From Trichomonas gallinae (Eukaryota), in assembly GCA_008369845.1 (NCBI GenBank), contig MRSU01000049.1:1-49325 (forward strand): 49,325 bases of DNA. Reading direction: 5' to 3'. The translations under genes and the position numbers were made by a program. Of the stretch, positions 1 to 10,295 are shown piece by piece (positions within the stretch are counted from its first letter, which is position 1; every line of letters begins with the position of its first letter). The notes below the pieces were generated by a model, which was not told the DNA's origin, did no database searches, and was given only the letters and a program-made list of their open reading frames with translations.

Positions 1-2
1 CA

Positions 3-116
3 GGGAATGAATCAGCATCAGGTAAAGAGAAAATCCGTCGCTCAGTTAAGCAAGAAAAGGACTGGAGATGGAGTTGCTCGCGAAGCGATTCTTCAAGTCC
101 GAAAATTGAATACTGA
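3..116 (+). CDS. Possible 3' end of a gene entering from the left edge (frame uncertain)
   Basis: Bases 1-120 are more GC-rich than intergenic DNA here. Frame 3 is open from the edge (GNESASGKEKIRRSVKQEKDWRW...PKIEY*) to TGA 114-116. Frame 1 is also open to 198, so the frame is ambiguous. Confidence 0.3.
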   Translation, partial: GNESASGKEKIRRSVKQEKDWRWSCSRSDSSSPKIEY

Positions 117-122
117 CATTTT

Positions 123-611
123 TCAGCCATTCTCGGGCAGTAAGCTAAAGTCAATATTAAAGAGATCCGCATCAAGTATATTGATGAATTTATCCTGATT
201 TTCATGTATTTCAGGTGGTTTTTGGATATATTCGTTTTGTTCCGCTAAAGAATCAGAACTTTGCCGGCTAAGATTGCCTCTAGCCTTTTGGATTAGTTGG
301 AATTGCTTCCTAACACCATTTGGAGATCTATTCTTGAAGTATGTGGATATCTTTGTCCATCTAGATCCGTATTTATTATGCAATTTTTCAAGCAATGCTT
401 CTTCTTCTTCAGTCCATGGTACGGAGGACAATGATGGAGAAAGGTAGTTCAACCATCTATCCTTGCATTGTCGAGAGGTTCTGTTTTTCATCTCTAGGGA
501 AATCGCTTCCCAGTCTCCTGTACCTAGTAGTTCAATCAACCTTATTAGTTTGTTGTCCTCCTGCTGTGTGAACTTAGCACGGTGGTAGCGTGGTCCATTT
601 ACTGTTTCCAT
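123..611 (-). CDS. R2R3 Myb-like DNA-binding protein
   Basis: Two Myb repeats: KFTQQEDNKL...W..I...MKNRTSRQCKDRWLNYL and PWTEEEEALL...GSRWTKISTYFKNRS. Initiator TCATT on the minus strand at 620-624. Confidence 0.93.
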   Translation of the reverse strand: METVNGPRYHRAKFTQQEDNKLIRLIELLGTGDWEAISLEMKNRTSRQCKDRWLNYLSPSLSSVPWTEEEEALLEKLHNKYGSRWTKISTYFKNRSPNGVRKQFQLIQKARGNLSRQSSDSLAEQNEYIQKPPEIHENQDKFINILDADLFNIDFSLLPENG

Positions 612-2366
612 TAGTTGAAAATGAGCAGAAAAAATTCAAAGTTGAAAAAATTTATTTTGTGAAGTATTCAAAAAATACGAAAATATGAAATATAGATTTA
701 CACGTTAAAAACAGCGAACATCATGACGGAATAAAAAAATTTTGAATGGGCATTGTCAAATTCCGATTATTTTCCCTTCAAAACTTTTCGACCGTATCTG
801 AAAAATTTAAATCGTTGAGAACCGTCTTATTAGTCAGCAAAATGCTTTATAATTCATATAATGCCAATTGCAAAACTTTCTGTGCTACTAATAATTTTGA
901 ATAAAGACAATTTTGTCAAAAAGATTTAGCCAATGTTTATTTATCCATAAAATTTAGGCCATTATAAGCGATATTATTACACACCCGTTAAACGTAAACA
1001 TTCAAAAATTTTTATTCTTTGGTTTGACTTTTGAGAAAACCACGCAAAATTTGTTTGTGAATGTTGTTGTACAGAGTGTTCTCATCCAATTGCAAACGAT
1101 CATCAACATATTTTTTTCTTCACTTGATTTTAAATTTTTTCATATCCAACAATCACTATATTTCTATATCATGCAAAATTCACTAAAAAAAAATTTTTTT
1201 TTCATGATTTTAGCACGTTATCAGTTATTTAATAAACATTAATGTGGATGTTAATAGGTCTCAATGAATGTAGAATCTTCAGTTTTGTCTGGAAATTCTC
1301 AGACATTTGTGAATCTCTGTTTTTAGTTTATTTTTTGATATATGCTAGTTTGCAACTGTCAAATGTCGTATTTTTAGGAGGCCACGAATACAACAATATT
1401 GATAGGCGCCATTAATGGAAAATTAAAAATTGAAATTCAGATGAACATTTTACCGGTAAAAATAAGGTACTTAATGAAATAATAGACAAAATATTTATGC
1501 GAATAATATGATTAATTTGATAATTATCAATTACTGGTAATGAATTTTACGAATTTGAGCGAAATAGATTATCACAGACTGCTTTATGATATCATATGAT
1601 ATTTGACCAGCCAGCTGTCGAACAATGTCATAAGATAGCCATGAAAATTTTGATTATTTCTGATACGTTATTTATTCAGAAATCAAAATAACGAATATTT
1701 TCATTTTCTTTTGACAGCAGCATCTTGAGAAGAAAATGAACGACATCATAGCGATTTCAGTAATTGTTTGAGAGAAACTTTTTCAGAAAATATTTTGGCG
1801 AATTTTCCTGCTCATTGTACTTATAAGCATATATTATACAAGATATCTTCAACAAGTATTCAAAAAATTGCAAAATTTTCATAAAATCGTAATAATAACC
1901 TTTATCGACCACTTATTTGCAGCCTCTTGGTACACATTTGTTTTCTTCTCATTATAACGATATAATCAATGTTCATTAAGAGAATAAAAATGAATTCACA
2001 TTCATTTTTGATGATCAACAAATAGAATATTAAGAGAACAATCAGATTTGAAATATCTGCAAAAATTATATGATATATAAGAGACTGTTAAACTGTGGCG
2101 CCAATATTTATAATTTGATTTATTATTTCCACCTTAACACATACTGTGTTTTGGATATCACAATATTGAATACAAATACATTGCAATACTAAGATTTTAC
2201 GTTAATACTCATTATTTAACAATCAAACTTAATATCATTATCAATGCATTTTAAATATAAAAATGAGTTATTTATTATATCAGTATGCAATTCTATATTG
2301 TTTAAAAGATAGTTAATAAAATACAAAACAATTTATAAAATACATAACAAAATATAACAAAAATAA

Positions 2367-5300
2367 TTATTGTGGAGCTTTTGCTCTTGATTTTTGGGTA
2401 AACTTGAGAGTGAATTTCTCATTGACAGTGTCAACTATCAACATGTTTTTCTCATGATGTGGCGAAATATTCAAAACATCGCTGTTCAATTTGAACGAGT
2501 CTCTTGTATTAATTATTAAGGTCTTCATGTCTAGATCGAATGCATGCAAGCGGCAGTTCTCGCAAACGGCGACAGCGACAAACATTTGTCCGTAATTATA
2601 ACCATGAACAGACAAAATTCTTCCTAATGTATAATCGAATTTCGTTGACGTAACTAAAATTGCATTCATCGTGAAAATTCTTATTTTCGTTTGCGTGAAG
2701 ACCCATAGCAAACACAACTCTTCGTCATAAGTGATATCAACAATCTTTTCATCAATAGGAATCTCTCTGTGAAAACTGCCTCTGACTGCGTCCCACAGAA
2801 TTATCGAGTTTTTCGCCACTGACGCAACAATCATTGATCTGCTGCAGGGAAGAGATTTAACTGGCTCTTTGAAAGACATTGTTGACAGCTTGGATATTTG
2901 GGAGAGTTTCCACTGCTTCCCGAATTTAAGTGTATAACAGTTGGAGAAACAAGCATTGAAATCAATAACAATCAAAGCAGAATCGAGAGAAACTTGATAA
3001 GAAGAAACATTGTTAAGCAGTGAATTTTTGTAGACAAATGATCCATAAGTCAATATGCAGTTCTTTGTATTTATCATGATTTGTTTATTTTGGAGATCAT
3101 TTGGAGCTTTTTCTAATTCCAATGAAAGTTTTTGCCCATTAAATACTCTTTCTTGATGATTTTTCTTGAATAGCTGTATAGGACATTGTCCCCAGTGTTC
3201 CAATCTCAATGACATTGTCGTCAGCAAGTCTTCTTCGCCATTTTCTTCAACGTAAGTATGATAACTTTCTGGGAGGAAAATGTTTTTAATTGCAAAAGCT
3301 GCTTGTCCTGTTTGACTTGATCCGAATATCATATCTATCCATTGGCCGATGTTGGATTCATTTAACTCATCTCTGTTAACTAGTATAAAGTGAATTGCAT
3401 TTTTAGCCCATGGTGGTAGTTCGACTTCTTTCAGATTCATCTTTGATGTGTTCATGAAAATTTCTGGAACAGCAAACATTTCAGGGATCAACTCTTTGAC
3501 ATCATTTGTGTTTAATTGGCTGGAACTTTGCCATGAATAGTTTAAGTCGAAGAAGATTCTGCTCATATTATCCCAGCCTGTGTGCAAATCCCAGTCATAG
3601 AAAGTGAAAGGAGGAGTTCTCAAGTTGAAAAAGTGGACACTTGCTCCCATCGAATAATGAGCGCCATAGAAGAAAGATCCATTATATGATTGGTCGAATT
3701 GAAGAGCTCTGTCATCTGATTGCTGGCCCATTGGTAGGTTAAGTTTCCTGTGTGAAGTGAATTTCGTTGCATTGTCAGATTCGTAGTCAGAAATAATCCA
3801 AGGAAAAACAGGATATTGCGAAATATCAGCGAAAGATCTACTTGCCAAAGAATTCAAAACAAGAAGATAATCAAATGTGCTTAGCATTCCTGACGACCAG
3901 TGATTGAAAGCATTCGATGTGTTATAGTTATATAGCTTCATGTTTCCGTAATATATTTCTTTGGAAATTGTAACATCTTTGATGAATTTTTCTGGGAGTT
4001 TTGAGAGCCCTTCTGGTATAATTATAAGTGATCCAGTATCAAAAGACTTTATTTCTAATGCTGTTGGTCTGTGCAAATGCATATGAGTTTTCGAGAAAAT
4101 TATTTTTGAGAACTTCCTTATTAATACGAAATGGCCGCAAAACATCGAATAATTTCCGTAGAAACCCAATAATATCTCAGCAGCAATTGATCTAAATGTT
4201 ATTGGTGTTTCTGTTTTTGTTAAATTCAATGTCATTTCACCTATATTTGCACATATTAAAATCAAAAATTCTTCTTGGAAAACGAAAATCACTGATTCCA
4301 TAGGTTCTGGCATTCTTCTCAATTTGCAGTTGAAGCAATATTGTAATTGCCCGAATTTCTCTGAGTAAACCTTGACAAAACTATCATATAAATGTGAAGG
4401 ATTCAGGGAATAAGCAAACCTGAAAACTAACGGTGATGCTAATTCGAAATCATTTATAAATTCAATGAATTCGCAGTCGTTGTTTTCTTCGTATTTCGTT
4501 AATAAATCTGTTGTAGATAAATGAGGGATTTTGTAGGTTTCTAAATCATTGTCACCATTAGGAATATGCATCTCACACGGCGCTAAAACATGCGGAACAT
4601 CAATCGGCCACGTAGTAGGAGAAATCGTGAAATAATTTGGCTTAATTGGTGATGATCTAGCAATAGATTGGAATTTTTGGAATAGTTGTGAAATAGTAAA
4701 TTCCATTTTTCTTATTATAATAGTTGACGAAGACAACCCAATGCATTGACCTAGATAATGTTTTGCGAATGCAGAATATTTCGCTTTGTAGATCATTGTT
4801 TTTGATAAACTGAAACTTAAATCAGTATGATGTATATCTAAAGCAATTTCTGATGGAATAAATGGTTCTAAAGTTGTTGTATATAATGCCAAGAAAGATA
4901 AACCTTCAGTGAACTGTTTCGTTATTTTTCCTTTTAAGTGTGCTTTGATGCCAGTAATAAATTGATCTAGTGAATGCTCAGTTTTTGATGCCCATGTATT
5001 TTTAAAGTCGTCATTTATCAAAAACTTTAAGGCTTGATCTGTAGCTTGTTTCACATTTTGATCTTTAACGAGTGGATGCTGAATCAATTTAAAAATGAAA
5101 TTGCAGGCAAAATCAAAATCGAATAAACCTGATTCCTGGAATAAGAAGACACTTATTGAGTTAACAATAGCAAATAGTTGTGGAACATCATCTAAACTAA
5201 CATCAAAAATATGCATCAAAATCGATCTTAGATATAATTTGACTTCTTCGTTTGTACTTAGTTCTGTTAATTGCGGCGATTGATATAAAGCACTTAAAAC

Positions 5301-8300
5301 AGGCAACAATGAGCTAAAAAGAAAGGCCATATCAGATAAATACCCCTGATAAACAGCTATGCATAGGAATCTAAATAAATCAATGAATATTTGTAGAGGA
5401 GCTGCAAAAATCTCTGGCCTTGTGAAAATTATTACAATTACGTTCAACGCTAAGTCACCAATCAATATTTCATGCCTGGAACAATACTGTCCTAAGAGAG
5501 ACAATAAACTGATCCTAAAAGATTCTGCATCTAAAATGAAAGAAATTAAAAGTTGAGAATAAAATTCTGTCAAACATGAAGATTTGGAAAAAATCGACAT
5601 TGAGTCTTCATCTTCTCTGTCGTGGAAAGCGACAGCGTGTATATCATGTTCTTCGAGGAATTTAAGTATAAATTCAGGATAACTCACGCTTAATGATATT
5701 GCAATTTTATCTGTTATTGTTAATTGATTAATACTGATGCCCCAGCTTTCAGCAAAGTCTTTTAATACAGAATTATCGTCTATATTAGGAATTACTGAAT
5801 GTTTTAAGATGGATTTTGGATTAAATACAAAAGGACCGAAAAATGCTATTATATCTCTTACCCTTAAGTCACTGAGGCAGTCAAACTCTGATTTTGGTAT
5901 CTTCACGAAGTTTTTTATGAAATTAAACGTTTCATTTTCTAATTTTTCGAGAGTTTTTGGAGGAGCTGAGATTAAAATAGTCAAAGCTTGGAATACTAGC
6001 GAAACTGCTGTTATTGCGTATTCAGGTCTTGCTATTTTAGTTAGTTTATGATCTTTTGTAAAATAAGATCCCGAAATTAAACACTCCATGACGTTAAAAG
6101 TGTTACTAGTGTATGTCTTCATGAATGCAAAAGCCAATATTTCTGTGTATTGGTAATAATTCGGGAATTTTGCTGATAATTCTATCAACAAAGTCATAAA
6201 TCTATCATTTAAGTAGTCTGGGCCTTGCAGCATCTCAGAAGCGATGAAATAAGGTGTGAAGACCTTAGATAGCTCTTCTGTTATCTCCAAAATGCTCAAA
6301 ATCCTGACTTTCGAAGATTCATCGCAAATTCGGAAAAATGATGAAATAACTTTGTAGATTTCTACACTTTTCGATTTTCTCGCGATTTCGCAGCAGTCCT
6401 CGATTATGTAGTTATTATTATACAATCTCAAAGACAAAGCAACTGGATCAATTTTAATTTGCTCTGTTATCATTTTTGAAAGCTCTCTGAAGAATAAAAT
6501 GTCATATTTCTTCATCAATTCTATGTCATTGAGGAAGAAATTGAATTTAAACGAATTTATTGAATTTTTAATAATTAATTCCATGAGATTGTCATCAATA
6601 GAGTACTTCTTCAGAGGCTGTATGAACATTTCGAATGAAATATTTTGGTTAATTTTGATCATTTTGAGTAATGTTCTTAAATGCATTTCAGGAGTTGATT
6701 CAGACTTCATCATCATGTTATAGAATGTGTAAAGGTTATGTGGAAAGCTGAGGTGCCAAGCAAAACCTGTGCTTTTAATAGGAATCACGCCATTAAAATC
6801 AAATTCGCCGTCATAAGGAGAAATAGAGATTAATTGGTTAGGATCTGTATTTGTATTGGTGTTTGAGTTAAATGGGATGCCTTCTTCGTATAATAGATTC
6901 ATATCAAATGAAGATTTGTGAATTAAAATGTTATCTGCAATATACCAAAGATTTGTCTGCTTTGGAGCACCAAAAGTGACATCTGGAAAGTTAACATAAT
7001 CTTTCTTGTAGTGAATTGTCTCTGAATTGTTGTTGATTTGCAGAATTAAATTTTTGTTTTCGGGATCCAGTTGAACAGCAACGAAAAACCAGTCATTTTC
7101 GTCGACAACAAAGTTGTAGTCTTCTGCTCCAAATGTGAAAACGAAGCTATTCGATACAAAAATGCCTCGAATGAAATCACTGCTGAAAATCTCTGTTAAA
7201 AACTTTGTATCAGCGACTCTCATCCAAAAGGAGAAGCCTCTGCATGATGTTTTGATCTTGAAATGCGAATTTCCGCCTAATCCAAATTCGAACATTGGAT
7301 ATGAATCAAATCGATCGACAAGTTGGTCCAAATGTTTGTGGTTCTCTAGTATTGAGCTAAAATAGGTGAATGGCAGCTTCAAAGCAAGCATTTTGTCTAA
7401 AACTGGAGAATCGAAATTATTACAGCGAATAAAAGCAGGAATTCCTTCATCTGTTGCGAAATAAGCCATGCCAATTGTCACATTATTTTTGATATCAGCA
7501 AAAGGCAAAAGCGAAGGAACTCGTATTCGATGTTCAGAATAACAAATTTTTGTTAAAAAATTCTTATCTAAAGTAAAGAATCTGTGACTTAAGCTAATGC
7601 TTGATATCCATTTCGTCACATAGAGCTCTGTATGATCATTAATCGAAGATTCTAAAAATTCTTTATATTGATCAATTGTAATATCAGGAAACACATCCAG
7701 CCATGTCAGTCCTCCGAATTTCCAAAATATTTTTGCGCATTCTTGGTTAATTGCAAAAGCATATGTTAACATTCCAAGTTTGTTGACATATTTCTGTTGT
7801 ATCTTCTGTATTATATCCTGTATGACAGCAAAATTCGAGTTTTGAGCAAAAGTGATGCCAATTAACTCATTTTTCGCATTTTGTTCGAATAAAATCCGAA
7901 TATAGCGAGATTGAGCAATTCTGTCGTTAATTGTACTATAAATTAGTGGTATTACTTTGTTAAATGAAGGTAATTTTGATAGTTTCTCGAATTTTTTAGT
8001 TTGTGATAAAAAATTTGTGAAATCTGGTTGCAAAATCGACAAATTATTGTATTCGAACTGACTGGAAAGCAAATTAAAGAACAATGTTTGTGATTCAAAG
8101 GTCACAAAGTCTTTATCTATGAATCTTAAAACGCATGCAGCGTAAAAAATTGCTTTTTCGTATTTTCTATATGAAATCCATACAATGGAATCAATCAAAA
8201 CAGCAGATAAATCTGCAGTTGTGACTTCTATTGTGAAAATTTCGATTATTGGACAAATTGAATCTAATTCAACAATTGGGAAGTCTTCATTCGAGAAAAG

Positions 8301-9233
8301 AGATCTAAAAGCTTGTGCATAAACCATCCTATCGTTATCTTCTAAATATCCCGCTTTCATTATTTTCAAAATTTGATTATTTTCGAAATTAGACATGCAG
8401 GCCAATTCGGCGAGATTTTTTGGCAGTTCATAAGGATCAGAGTACTTCTGAACTAACACTAATCCTTGATTTTCGAGAAAATATTTAATTGGATCAGGAT
8501 CTTTAAATAATTTCGAGAAAGCAACATAAAAAGCGATCGAATATCTGAAATTACTTGGCAAAATTTCTTGCTGATTGATGCTGGATATGTATGCTAAGGT
8601 GATTGCTTGTAATTCTTCAGATTGAAAGCTAATGTTACGCGTATGTATGGAGAACTGCTGGATAAACCATCTAATACCCGATGTGTAATCAGAATTTGTG
8701 AATAAAGTCACCACAACAAATCCGAAAAAGTCAACTGTTGCTAAATTCTTAATAAAATCACGAGATCTTAGATGCAATATGAGTATATTGTTAATTATAT
8801 CTGATAATGTCGGTTTTGTTGAGTATAATATAACCAAAATGCAGATTGCATTCGAAACATTAAAAATTTTAGGGGGAACTTCAAAAATTGTTGATATAAT
8901 GTAGATACATGCAAGTGTAGCTTGTAATTCCGTTTGTTTATTAAAGATTAACTGCAGATATTCGAATAATGGATTAATTAAGTCAACGAGAATCTGTGTT
9001 TCTTTATCTATTTTTAGTTTTATTTCTTTTGGTTTATTAGAGTAGATTTGATTAATTCGATTTATCAGTTGCGAAATTACTTTAATATTAACAGTATTCG
9101 GGTTATTAGGGATATAGGACTCTAAAACGTCTGTTATTCCTTGCATTATGTATTTATCTCTGTATATCACTTGTTCGTGAGTATCATCATGGTCTTCATT
9201 GCCCCCAAAAATGTTCGAAAACCATGATAACAT
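2367..9233 (-). CDS. Beige/BEACH domain protein (ConA-like, PH-BEACH, C-terminal WD40-like region)
   Basis: BEACH motifs STFDYLLVLNSLASRSFADISQYPVFPWII, FFYGAHYS, DVKELIPEMF, LPPWA, WIDMIFG, WGQCPIQLF. LamG/ConA-like FSFWMRV...WFFVAV. Initiator TCACT at 9239-9243. Confidence 0.92.
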   Translation of the reverse strand: MLSWFSNIFGGNEDHDDTHEQVIYRDKYIMQGITDVLESYIPNNPNTVNIKVISQLINRINQIYSNKPKEIKLKIDKETQILVDLINPLFEYLQLIFNKQTELQATLACIYIISTIFEVPPKIFNVSNAICILVILYSTKPTLSDIINNILILHLRSRDFIKNLATVDFFGFVVVTLFTNSDYTSGIRWFIQQFSIHTRNISFQSEELQAITLAYISSINQQEILPSNFRYSIAFYVAFSKLFKDPDPIKYFLENQGLVLVQKYSDPYELPKNLAELACMSNFENNQILKIMKAGYLEDNDRMVYAQAFRSLFSNEDFPIVELDSICPIIEIFTIEVTTADLSAVLIDSIVWISYRKYEKAIFYAACVLRFIDKDFVTFESQTLFFNLLSSQFEYNNLSILQPDFTNFLSQTKKFEKLSKLPSFNKVIPLIYSTINDRIAQSRYIRILFEQNAKNELIGITFAQNSNFAVIQDIIQKIQQKYVNKLGMLTYAFAINQECAKIFWKFGGLTWLDVFPDITIDQYKEFLESSINDHTELYVTKWISSISLSHRFFTLDKNFLTKICYSEHRIRVPSLLPFADIKNNVTIGMAYFATDEGIPAFIRCNNFDSPVLDKMLALKLPFTYFSSILENHKHLDQLVDRFDSYPMFEFGLGGNSHFKIKTSCRGFSFWMRVADTKFLTEIFSSDFIRGIFVSNSFVFTFGAEDYNFVVDENDWFFVAVQLDPENKNLILQINNNSETIHYKKDYVNFPDVTFGAPKQTNLWYIADNILIHKSSFDMNLLYEEGIPFNSNTNTNTDPNQLISISPYDGEFDFNGVIPIKSTGFAWHLSFPHNLYTFYNMMMKSESTPEMHLRTLLKMIKINQNISFEMFIQPLKKYSIDDNLMELIIKNSINSFKFNFFLNDIELMKKYDILFFRELSKMITEQIKIDPVALSLRLYNNNYIIEDCCEIARKSKSVEIYKVISSFFRICDESSKVRILSILEITEELSKVFTPYFIASEMLQGPDYLNDRFMTLLIELSAKFPNYYQYTEILAFAFMKTYTSNTFNVMECLISGSYFTKDHKLTKIARPEYAITAVSLVFQALTILISAPPKTLEKLENETFNFIKNFVKIPKSEFDCLSDLRVRDIIAFFGPFVFNPKSILKHSVIPNIDDNSVLKDFAESWGISINQLTITDKIAISLSVSYPEFILKFLEEHDIHAVAFHDREDEDSMSIFSKSSCLTEFYSQLLISFILDAESFRISLLSLLGQYCSRHEILIGDLALNVIVIIFTRPEIFAAPLQIFIDLFRFLCIAVYQGYLSDMAFLFSSLLPVLSALYQSPQLTELSTNEEVKLYLRSILMHIFDVSLDDVPQLFAIVNSISVFLFQESGLFDFDFACNFIFKLIQHPLVKDQNVKQATDQALKFLINDDFKNTWASKTEHSLDQFITGIKAHLKGKITKQFTEGLSFLALYTTTLEPFIPSEIALDIHHTDLSFSLSKTMIYKAKYSAFAKHYLGQCIGLSSSTIIIRKMEFTISQLFQKFQSIARSSPIKPNYFTISPTTWPIDVPHVLAPCEMHIPNGDNDLETYKIPHLSTTDLLTKYEENNDCEFIEFINDFELASPLVFRFAYSLNPSHLYDSFVKVYSEKFGQLQYCFNCKLRRMPEPMESVIFVFQEEFLILICANIGEMTLNLTKTETPITFRSIAAEILLGFYGNYSMFCGHFVLIRKFSKIIFSKTHMHLHRPTALEIKSFDTGSLIIIPEGLSKLPEKFIKDVTISKEIYYGNMKLYNYNTSNAFNHWSSGMLSTFDYLLVLNSLASRSFADISQYPVFPWIISDYESDNATKFTSHRKLNLPMGQQSDDRALQFDQSYNGSFFYGAHYSMGASVHFFNLRTPPFTFYDWDLHTGWDNMSRIFFDLNYSWQSSSQLNTNDVKELIPEMFAVPEIFMNTSKMNLKEVELPPWAKNAIHFILVNRDELNESNIGQWIDMIFGSSQTGQAAFAIKNIFLPESYHTYVEENGEEDLLTTMSLRLEHWGQCPIQLFKKNHQERVFNGQKLSLELEKAPNDLQNKQIMINTKNCILTYGSFVYKNSLLNNVSSYQVSLDSALIVIDFNACFSNCYTLKFGKQWKLSQISKLSTMSFKEPVKSLPCSRSMIVASVAKNSIILWDAVRGSFHREIPIDEKIVDITYDEELCLLWVFTQTKIRIFTMNAILVTSTKFDYTLGRILSVHGYNYGQMFVAVAVCENCRLHAFDLDMKTLIINTRDSFKLNSDVLNISPHHEKNMLIVDTVNEKFTLKFTQKSRAKAPQ

Positions 9234-9779
9234 TAAAAAGTGACAAAATTTTTTGAAACTAATTTTTATTGTTTACTATGAAATAATAAATCAATTTGAT
9301 CAATTTTGGAAAAAGTGAACTGAAATTTGCCAACCGTCGAAGTTTTAATATTATACTACTTACATATAACACAGCAAATTTCGGAATCTGACAGTTGAAT
9401 GTTATCGTTTAAGGTTCCCATTTTACTACAGCTCTTTTTATCGCTCGCCTTTCCCTGTTTTCACTAGAAATATTATCACTATCATGTACGTTTTAATTTT
9501 GCAATAACAATGACATGTGGAAATCAAAATAAAATTTAAGTTTTTTCATGAAATTAATATTAGAAGCTGTCATTTCATCTACACATCATGTGCATCATTG
9601 GTAGTCTAACCATCATCTATAGAAAATATATTAGAACTTCATATTTTAGCATAACAATATTTTGCATTATTTCATTGATCATATGATATATATTATAATA
9701 TACTTGCAAATAAAAAATCCTTAATATGTATTGTCGTTGAGCTCATCAAGCATGTGAGTATTCATTCTTAATTTGTAGC

Positions 9780-9824
9780 TATATTTGATCTATATAAGTG
9801 TAATATATTTGATCTATATAGTGT
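9780..9824. repeat. Short tandem direct repeat TATATTTGATCTATATA(A)GTGT x2
   Basis: Two near-identical copies starting at 9780 and 9804. Confidence 0.75.
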
Positions 9825-10084
9825 TTTTAATCTAATCAAATGATAATCAAAAAAACAAAAAATAAATTAGCTAAAATTAGATAATATTAACTATACAATA
9901 CAATATTATGTATTTTTAAGCAGTTTGTTGAGATACAAACTGATCAAATAAGTGAAATATTAGTCTGAGAATATTAAAACATAAAAAGTCACACCATAAA
10001 CTTGACAGTTCAATGATTATTGAAGTGAAAATGCACTTTATCATATAGATAAGTCAGAACTCATTGACATCTAATTTAAAAAAT

Positions 10085-10282
10085 ATTTTTCCATCAAAAC
10101 TATAAAGTTCATTAGTAAAAAGTGAAATATATTATTTAAAAATACGATGTCTGATTAAAAACAAAAATCATTTTCATTTTCTCATCAAAAGTCAATAATT
10201 TATTAGCAAAAAGTGAAATATATCAGACAAAGATGTGATATTTGCTAAAAGATAAAAAATTGTTTCACTTTTTGCATCAAAA
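10085..10282 (+). repeat. Degenerate ~91-bp tandem duplication in the Hydin upstream region
   Basis: ATTAG(T/C)AAAAAGTGAAATATAT at 10111 and 10202. TTTT..CATCAAAA at about 10087, 10177 and 10270. Confidence 0.6.
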
Positions 10283-10295
10283 TACGTTATCAAAG

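Noticed and set aside
1024..1242. 72-aa TTG-start ORF and nearby protein-like fragments in the 1000-2000 intergenic region
   Set aside because: Non-ATG start, AT-rich composition and no recognisable motif. A weak resemblance between about 1710-1810 and 24300-24380 could not be aligned convincingly.
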